Source of the DNA: Klebsiella pneumoniae | GTDB taxonomy: Bacteria; Pseudomonadota; Gammaproteobacteria; Burkholderiales; SG8-39 | Length of the DNA: 64,000 nucleotides | Direction of reading: 5' to 3' | Assembly (NCBI GenBank): GCA_945906755.1 | Contig: CAMDRJ010000001.1 | Span: forward strand, 11,638 to 75,637 | Shown: piece after piece, positions 58,047 to 64,000 of the stretch | Position numbering within the stretch: the first letter of the stretch is position 1 | How the letters are laid out: the number at the start of each line of letters is the position of its first letter | Notes under the pieces: model-generated | Told to the model about the DNA's origin: nothing | Seen by the model: only the letters and a program-made list of their open reading frames with translations | Database searches by the model: none | Program-made: the position numbers and the translations under genes

Positions 58047-60128
58047 ATGGCCTCATCTCCCTGGCGCATCGGTATCGATACCGGCGGCACGTTTACTGAC
58101 ATCGTTGCCGTGCATGGCGGCACCGGGCGCATGCTCGTTTCCAAGGTGGCGAGCACGCCGGCGAACCCCGCATTGGGGCTCGTCAATGGGGTGAAAGAAG
58201 TGATGCGAATCGCGGGAGAGCCGCTGACATCGGTCGCCACGCTCTCGCACGGTACGACGGTCGCGACGAACGCTCTATTGCAAGGGGCGATTGATGGGCT
58301 TGGGCTCATCGTCACCGAAGGCTTTCGCCACATCCTGGAGATCGCGCGTCAGACGGTGCCCGATGGCTATGGCAATTCGTATTTCTGGGTAAAGCCCGAT
58401 CGGCTGGTGCCGCTTGATCTCGTTCATGAAGTGGGTGGCCGTCTCAATTTCCGCGGCGAAGAATTGCGTCCGCTCGATGAAGAAAGCGTGGTCAATGCGG
58501 CGCGTTTCTTCAAGCGCAAAGGCGTTCGCACCGTCGGCGTCTGCCTGATTCATTCGTATGCGAATGCGGCGCATGAGCAGCGCGTGCGAGAAATTCTGCT
58601 GGCCGAATATCCGGATCTGGTGATCTCGCTATCGTGCGAGGTGTTGCCGGAATATCGCGAATACGAGCGTGCGGTCACCACCTTGGTCGATGCGTTTGTG
58701 AAGCCGCATATGAGTGTGTATCTGCGCCGAATCCAAGACGAGCTGGGGGCCGAGCTGGCCGGCAAGCCGTTTCTGGTGATGCAGTCATCAGGTGGTGTGA
58801 TCAGTGCCCAGCAAGTCGTCCGCAAACCGATTACCACGGCGCTCTCTGGGCCCGCGGCGGGTGCGCTCGGATGCTCGGTGGTGGCCAAGCTCGCCGGATT
58901 CGAGGATGTCGTGACGCTCGATGCAGGCGGTACCTCCACTGACATTTGTCTCATCGAGAAGGGCACGGCGCATCTCACCAATGGCTCATCGATCGGACAA
59001 TTCCCAGTTCGTATCCCGATGATCGATATCGAGACGATCGGTACCGGCGGCGGATCGATTGCGTGGCTATCGCGCGAGGGGCATCTCAAGGTAGGACCCA
59101 AAAGCGCGGGCGCGGTGCCGGGGCCGATGTGTTATCCAAATGGCGGCGAGCAACCCACGATTACGGATGCGAACCTCGTGTTGGGTCGCATTCCACCCGC
59201 GCTGATCGGTGGCGGTATCGCTCTCAATGCCGAACGTTCGCGTGCCGGGATCGCAGCGCTTGGCGAGCGGCTTGGCAAACGGATGTCGATTGAACAATTG
59301 GCGGAAGGCATTCTGGAAATCGCCAATTGGAACCAGGCCAATTGCATCCGGCAGATGACCATTCAAAAGGGCATCGACCCACGCCGCTTCGCGCTTCTAT
59401 CATTCGGCGGTGCGGGGCCCGCGCAATCACCCGCTGTGATGCGGCTGCTTGGCATGGCATGCTGCATCGTGCCGTTCAACCCGGGCAATCTCTCAGCGTT
59501 CGGCTTGCTCGCGGTCGATTGGCGGACCGACCATATCGCCACCCGCGTGACGCATGAAGAGGCAATCGACGCCGCGACGATCCGCGAAGTGTTCACCAGG
59601 TTGGAGCGCGAAGCCACCGAAACGCTGGCGCGCGATGGCATCGATCCGGCGCGTTGCCGCACCGTCCGCGAAGCTGATCTGCGCTATGTCGGCCAATCGA
59701 TGGAAGTGCGGGTGGCAGCTCCAGCGGGCGATATCGATGATCGTTTTATTGCGCGCCTCATCGAAGCCTTTCATAGCGCCCATCGCAAGGCCTTCGGCTA
59801 CGACTACGCGGGCAAGCAAAAGATCGAGTTGGTGAACTACTGCGTGTCAGGCTTTGGCATGATCGAGCGGCCCGCGCTGCCGCAACTGGCGCCAATGCCT
59901 GGCGTGGTGCCGGTGCGCAAAGGCATGCGTAAAGTGTATTTCGATGGTGCGTGGCTCGAGACCCCTATCTACGATCGCGCAGTGTTGCCTGCCGCCCACC
60001 GCATCGAAGGTCCGTGTGTCGTTGAAGAATTCGGCTCGACGACGGTGGTTTGGCCCGGCCAATGGTTGGAGGTCGATGGCCACGGCATCATGCTCGTGCG
60101 CGAAAAAGTGACAGCGATCAGGACGTGA
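58047..60128 (+). CDS. hyuA: Hydantoinase/oxoprolinase family protein, A (ATP-binding) subunit
   Basis: ORF 57927..60128; start MASSPWRIGIDTGGTFTD (58047). About 693 aa. Confidence 0.9.
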   Translation: MASSPWRIGIDTGGTFTDIVAVHGGTGRMLVSKVASTPANPALGLVNGVKEVMRIAGEPLTSVATLSHGTTVATNALLQGAIDGLGLIVTEGFRHILEIARQTVPDGYGNSYFWVKPDRLVPLDLVHEVGGRLNFRGEELRPLDEESVVNAARFFKRKGVRTVGVCLIHSYANAAHEQRVREILLAEYPDLVISLSCEVLPEYREYERAVTTLVDAFVKPHMSVYLRRIQDELGAELAGKPFLVMQSSGGVISAQQVVRKPITTALSGPAAGALGCSVVAKLAGFEDVVTLDAGGTSTDICLIEKGTAHLTNGSSIGQFPVRIPMIDIETIGTGGGSIAWLSREGHLKVGPKSAGAVPGPMCYPNGGEQPTITDANLVLGRIPPALIGGGIALNAERSRAGIAALGERLGKRMSIEQLAEGILEIANWNQANCIRQMTIQKGIDPRRFALLSFGGAGPAQSPAVMRLLGMACCIVPFNPGNLSAFGLLAVDWRTDHIATRVTHEEAIDAATIREVFTRLEREATETLARDGIDPARCRTVREADLRYVGQSMEVRVAAPAGDIDDRFIARLIEAFHSAHRKAFGYDYAGKQKIELVNYCVSGFGMIERPALPQLAPMPGVVPVRKGMRKVYFDGAWLETPIYDRAVLPAAHRIEGPCVVEEFGSTTVVWPGQWLEVDGHGIMLVREKVTAIRT

Positions 60129-60139
60129 AGGAAACCCGA

Positions 60140-62023
60140 ATGGATAAAGCATTGCACACCCATCCCTGGCCGCGCCCGCCCGCGCGCACGCGACCGATCG
60201 AAGTCGATCCGATCGTCTTGCAGATCGTCGAGGGCACCATCAATTCGATCGAGCGCGAGATCGAATACGCCATCGAGCGCACCGCGCGCTCACCGATGAT
60301 TCGTGAAGCGCATGATTATCGTGTCGGCCTCTTTGATCGCTATTGTCGCAAGCTCACCGGGCGCTCATATTCGGCGATGCCCAATGCGGTCGTGCGCGAC
60401 TACCCGCCCGAGACGATGAAGCCGGGCGACGTGTTCCTGATGAACGACACCTACCTTACCGAAGGCTCGATCGGTCATCTGCCCGATGTCTGTTCGACGG
60501 TGCCGGTATTCAACGATGGTGTGGTCGTCGCTTACATCCAGGCATTCGGTCATCACGACGATATCGGTGGTCGCGTGCCGGGGTCGATGCCGGGCACCGC
60601 TATGTCGGTGTTCGAGGAAGGGCTGTCGATTCCGCCGGTCAAGATTTACAGTGAAGGCGTGCGCAACGATGAGGCGCTCAAGATCGTGCGCCGCAATACG
60701 CGCGTGCCGGAAATGCTCGAAGCCGATCTCGATAGCGAAATGCAATCGATCATGATGGGTGCGGCGCGCATGGGCGAATTGTTCACGCGCTTTGGCACCG
60801 CGGTGGTGGAGGCGTGTTTTCAGGCGATTCTCGACAAATGCGCAAATATCTACCGCGATGAGCTATTGCCGAAGATCCCGGACGGCGAATTCTCCTGGGA
60901 AGACTATGTCGAGCACGACGGCGTGAGCGCGCCGCGCCTGCACAAGCTCGCACTCAAGATGACCAAAAAAAGCGGCAAGATCATCCTTGACTTCAACGGC
61001 ACCGATCCGCAGTCGCCCGGGCCGATCAACTGGCCGGCCGACTATGCCGATGGCGCCTTTCTTTGTAAGTGGATCGCACCGATCCTGCGCAATCTCGCCG
61101 ATTCGCCAGAGCGTGCCGCCGAAATCAGCGTGAATGAAGGCGTGTGCGATGTGTTTGAAGTGGTCTTCCCGCCGAAAGGAACCCTCATCACCCCAGTGTG
61201 GCCGGCCGCCACCAATGCGCGTTCGTTCGTCTTGCTGCGTTCATTGGGGCTGCTCGCCGGTGCGGTGGCGATTGCCAATGGCGGCAAGATGCCGGCCGAT
61301 CAGGAAACCATCCGCTACTCCGGCTTTTACGGGAACGATTTGAACGGCGTGCCGTTCCTCTCACGCGAAGTGTTAGGCGGCGGATCGGGCGGGCGCTCGT
61401 ATGCAGATGGCAATGATGCGATCCATATCGTGCCCGATTCGCGCAATCAACCCGCCGAGTTCACCGAGAATCGTTTTCCGATCATCGTCGAGAAGCTCGC
61501 GCTACGAACCGATTCCGGCGGGGCGGGCTTGCGTCGTGGCGGCCTTGGCTATGAGAAGCACTACCGGGTGCTGGTCGACTGCCACACGATTGTCACCGCA
61601 GATCGTGTGCGCCTCGGTTGTTATGGTGTGAATGGCGGCAAGGCGGGTCAGCCTTTCTGCGTTACCGTCGATCTGCATGGCAAGCCAAAGGATCTCGGTG
61701 GTTTGGTCGATGGCGAACCGTTGAAGGCGGGCCAGACGATGCGGGTCGTCACGACCGGCGGTGGCGGATGGGGTGATCCACTTGAGCGCGAGCCTGAGCT
61801 AGTGCGCATCGATGTTGAGCAGGGCAAGGTGTCGCGAAAGGCGGCTCGGGATGATTACGGCGTAGTCCTTCGCGCGGCCAAAGTGGCCGGTGGGTTTCGT
61901 ATCGACGACAAGGCCACGGGAACCCTGCGTGAGACACTGCGCGCCAAGCGGACCGGGCCGTTGCCGATGATTGATCGCGGCCCGGGCTATGAAAAGCTTA
62001 GGCAAACTGTCGCAAAATCGTAA
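60140..62023 (+). CDS. hyuB: Hydantoinase B/oxoprolinase family protein
   Basis: ORF 60050..62023; start MDKALHT (60140). Motifs EVDPIVLQIVEG...SPMIREAHDY... and a GGGGWGDPLER C-terminal block. Confidence 0.9.
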   Translation: MDKALHTHPWPRPPARTRPIEVDPIVLQIVEGTINSIEREIEYAIERTARSPMIREAHDYRVGLFDRYCRKLTGRSYSAMPNAVVRDYPPETMKPGDVFLMNDTYLTEGSIGHLPDVCSTVPVFNDGVVVAYIQAFGHHDDIGGRVPGSMPGTAMSVFEEGLSIPPVKIYSEGVRNDEALKIVRRNTRVPEMLEADLDSEMQSIMMGAARMGELFTRFGTAVVEACFQAILDKCANIYRDELLPKIPDGEFSWEDYVEHDGVSAPRLHKLALKMTKKSGKIILDFNGTDPQSPGPINWPADYADGAFLCKWIAPILRNLADSPERAAEISVNEGVCDVFEVVFPPKGTLITPVWPAATNARSFVLLRSLGLLAGAVAIANGGKMPADQETIRYSGFYGNDLNGVPFLSREVLGGGSGGRSYADGNDAIHIVPDSRNQPAEFTENRFPIIVEKLALRTDSGGAGLRRGGLGYEKHYRVLVDCHTIVTADRVRLGCYGVNGGKAGQPFCVTVDLHGKPKDLGGLVDGEPLKAGQTMRVVTTGGGGWGDPLEREPELVRIDVEQGKVSRKAARDDYGVVLRAAKVAGGFRIDDKATGTLRETLRAKRTGPLPMIDRGPGYEKLRQTVAKS

Positions 62024-62032
62024 GGGATCTAA

Positions 62033-63004
62033 ATGATGCACATTCGAATCTGCTGTTCGATCATTGCGGCGTTTATGCTCACGCTGACTTCATCGATCGC
62101 CCTCGCTCAAGCATTTCCGAACAAGCCGGTGCGGATCATCGTTGCCTTCGCGCCGGGCGGTCCGGTAGATGTCGTCGCGCGTCTGGTCGCGATCAAGATG
62201 CAAGACACGCTTGGCCAAACGGTGATCGTGGAAAATCGCCCGAGCACCACCGGCAATATCGGTTCGGCCTTCGTTGCCAAGGCCCCAGCCGATGGCTACA
62301 CGCTATTGGCCAATTCGAGCTCCATCGCCGTCAATGTGACCCTCACTCCCAACGCCGGCTACGACGCGGAAAAGGAACTCGCTCCACTGATACAGGTCGC
62401 GACGCAACCTAATTTGATCGTGGTGCATCCAGGCGTCAATGCGAAGAACATCGCTGAGTTGATTGCGCTCGCGAAGACGGGGAAACTTTCCTATGCGTCC
62501 CCCGGTAATGGCACGACGCCGCATCTCACCGCTGAGAACTTGTTTCGCACGCTGGCGAAGGTCAATGTGACGCATGTGCCGTACAAGGGAGCGGGGCCGG
62601 CCGCGGCGGCGGTCGTTGCGGGTGAACCTGAGATCGGCTCGCTTGCCGTGACCGCGCCGATTCCGTTTGTGCGCGGCGGCCGGCTGAAAGCGTTGGCCAT
62701 ATCGAGTGCAAAGCGCCACCCTGCCTTGCCGGATGTTCCCACGCTGGTGGAATCCGGCTATCCAACCATCCAGGACTACACCTGGGTGGGCCTCTTTGCC
62801 CCGACCGGCACACCGGCCGACGCGATGCAGAAACTGAATGAAAGCGTCAATCGAGCGCTGCAACAAGCAGATGTGCGCGAACGCTTGGAATCGCTGCTGT
62901 TCGAACCGATCGGCGGGACGTCCCAGCAGTTTGCCGACTATGTGAAGCTTGAAATCGTGAAGTGGGGCAAGGTGGTCAAGGACACCGGAGCAAAAGTGGA
63001 TTGA
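62033..63004 (+). CDS. Bug/TctC-family substrate-binding protein
   Basis: 323 aa. Signal peptide, AQAFPNKPVRIIVAFAPGGPVD and LPDVPTLVESGYP. Confidence 0.9.
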   Translation: MMHIRICCSIIAAFMLTLTSSIALAQAFPNKPVRIIVAFAPGGPVDVVARLVAIKMQDTLGQTVIVENRPSTTGNIGSAFVAKAPADGYTLLANSSSIAVNVTLTPNAGYDAEKELAPLIQVATQPNLIVVHPGVNAKNIAELIALAKTGKLSYASPGNGTTPHLTAENLFRTLAKVNVTHVPYKGAGPAAAAVVAGEPEIGSLAVTAPIPFVRGGRLKALAISSAKRHPALPDVPTLVESGYPTIQDYTWVGLFAPTGTPADAMQKLNESVNRALQQADVRERLESLLFEPIGGTSQQFADYVKLEIVKWGKVVKDTGAKVD

Positions 63005-63906
63005 GCCGCGTCGTCGTTGTCGGCAGCATCAATATCGACTTGGTGGCGCGGGTCGATCGATTCCCGCGCGCCGGCGAAACGGCGCTGGGGCGTAACCTGC
63101 AGCGGTTTCCAGGCGGCAAAGGCGCCAATCAGGCCGTCGCGGCAGCACGACTCGGTGCGCCGACCAGGATGATCGGTGCGGTCGGCGACGACGCCTTCGG
63201 TGCCGAGATGTTGGCCTTTCTCGTATTGATGGGTGTGAATCAACACGGCGTCGTAACGCGGACCGCTACGCCAACAGGAACGGCACTCATCACCGTATGC
63301 GCAGGAGAAAATTCAATCATCGTGGTGCCCGGTGCCAACGCATGCGTTACACCTGATTCAGTCGCAGAACTTGATCTTCATGCGGGCGACATGCTGCTCT
63401 GCCAGCTCGAAGTGCCGATCCCAATCGTCAATGCCGCGATCGCCCGTGCGAATACCTGCGGTGCGCGAGCCATTCTGAACGCCGCGCCCGCGCTCACGCA
63501 AGCTGATGCCGCTTGCAAAGCCTGTGACATCCTGGTGGTCAATGAAGTAGAACTGGGCGTCTTTGCAAAGGCGCAGATCGATGCCGACGCTTCGATCGAG
63601 GTCATTGCTGACGCTGCAAAGCGGCTAAGGGGCAAGGACGATCAGGTGATCATCGTTACGCTTGGCGCGCGTGGGGCGGTCGCCCTGTCACGGCAAGGAT
63701 GGTTTCATGAGCCTGCGCGGCATGTCGCGGTCGTCGATACGACCGGCGCAGGCGATTGCTTTTGCGGAGCCTTGGCAGCGTCTCTTGCAAGGGGTGTGAC
63801 CTTGCAGGCGGCGGTCAGATTTGCCAACGCCGCCGCATCGATCTGTGTGCAGCGCATGGGCGCGGGGCCTGCCATGCCGACGTTATCGGAAGTCGAAGCG
63901 CTGTAA
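63001..63906 (+). CDS. rbsK: Ribokinase (PfkB family)
   Basis: ORF 62962..63906. TTG 63001 overlaps the upstream stop. Motifs VVVGSINIDL, GGKGANQAVAAARLG and DTTGAGDCFCGALA. Confidence 0.85.
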   Translation: MSRVVVVGSINIDLVARVDRFPRAGETALGRNLQRFPGGKGANQAVAAARLGAPTRMIGAVGDDAFGAEMLAFLVLMGVNQHGVVTRTATPTGTALITVCAGENSIIVVPGANACVTPDSVAELDLHAGDMLLCQLEVPIPIVNAAIARANTCGARAILNAAPALTQADAACKACDILVVNEVELGVFAKAQIDADASIEVIADAAKRLRGKDDQVIIVTLGARGAVALSRQGWFHEPARHVAVVDTTGAGDCFCGALAASLARGVTLQAAVRFANAAASICVQRMGAGPAMPTLSEVEAL

Positions 63907-63911
63907 GGTTT

Positions 63912-64000
63912 CTACCGATACGAGAGCAGCGTATCGACCACCAGATCAATCAACGCACGCGATTGCGCCGCCAAGGCGACCCGCGCATTGGCATGCGTCG
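63912..64000 (-). CDS. 3' end of an unidentified minus-strand gene (continues beyond the window)
   Basis: Open minus-strand frame ...ANARVALAAQSRALIDLVVDTLLSYR-stop (stop complement at 63912..63914). Too short to assign. Confidence 0.3.
   Translation of the reverse strand, partial: THANARVALAAQSRALIDLVVDTLLSYR

Overview
High-GC chromosomal segment, probably from a Burkholderiales-type betaproteobacterium. This is inferred from four Bug/TctC-family receptors, the TRAP systems, and a polA / ilvA / slt / cca / ttcA / gcvTHP housekeeping backbone. I count about 60 protein-coding genes and see no rRNA, tRNA or CRISPR array. Left to right: polA (5'-partial); a small redox/methyltransferase cluster; a dctPQM TRAP transporter divergent from a GntR-controlled catabolic operon (quinone oxidoreductase, VOC, FAH, a VOC-like unknown, GlcG, Gfo/Idh/MocA, three Bug receptors); a tightly coupled fdrA - carbamate kinase - DUF2877 - DUF1116 operon; housekeeping genes (ilvA, 5-formyl-THF cyclo-ligase, slt, cca, ttcA, pteridine reductase, MidA-type methyltransferase); an aminotransferase with an in-frame Cro/YdaS-like HTH extension; a degenerate GGDEF protein; a CDF exporter; the gcvT-gcvH-gcvP operon; a roughly 3.4-kb scar region holding REP-like repeats, one intact and two degraded RAYT (IS200-like Y1 transposase) copies, and three truncated genes; then two orphan TRAP receptors, hyuA/hyuB, a fourth Bug receptor and ribokinase. 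Main points of interest: (1) the FdrA/DUF1116/DUF2877/carbamate-kinase module sits outside any allantoin context; (2) the REP/RAYT nest directly abuts gene truncations; (3) gene decay is unusually dense (frameshifts in gcvT, gcvP and a GST; head-to-head 5'-truncated malate synthase and ScfR/RamB-like regulator; 5'-truncated vapC); (4) an HTH-aminotransferase in-frame fusion; (5) two paralogous methyltransferase-fold proteins with export signals. All family calls come from reading motifs in the supplied translations. No database search was run.
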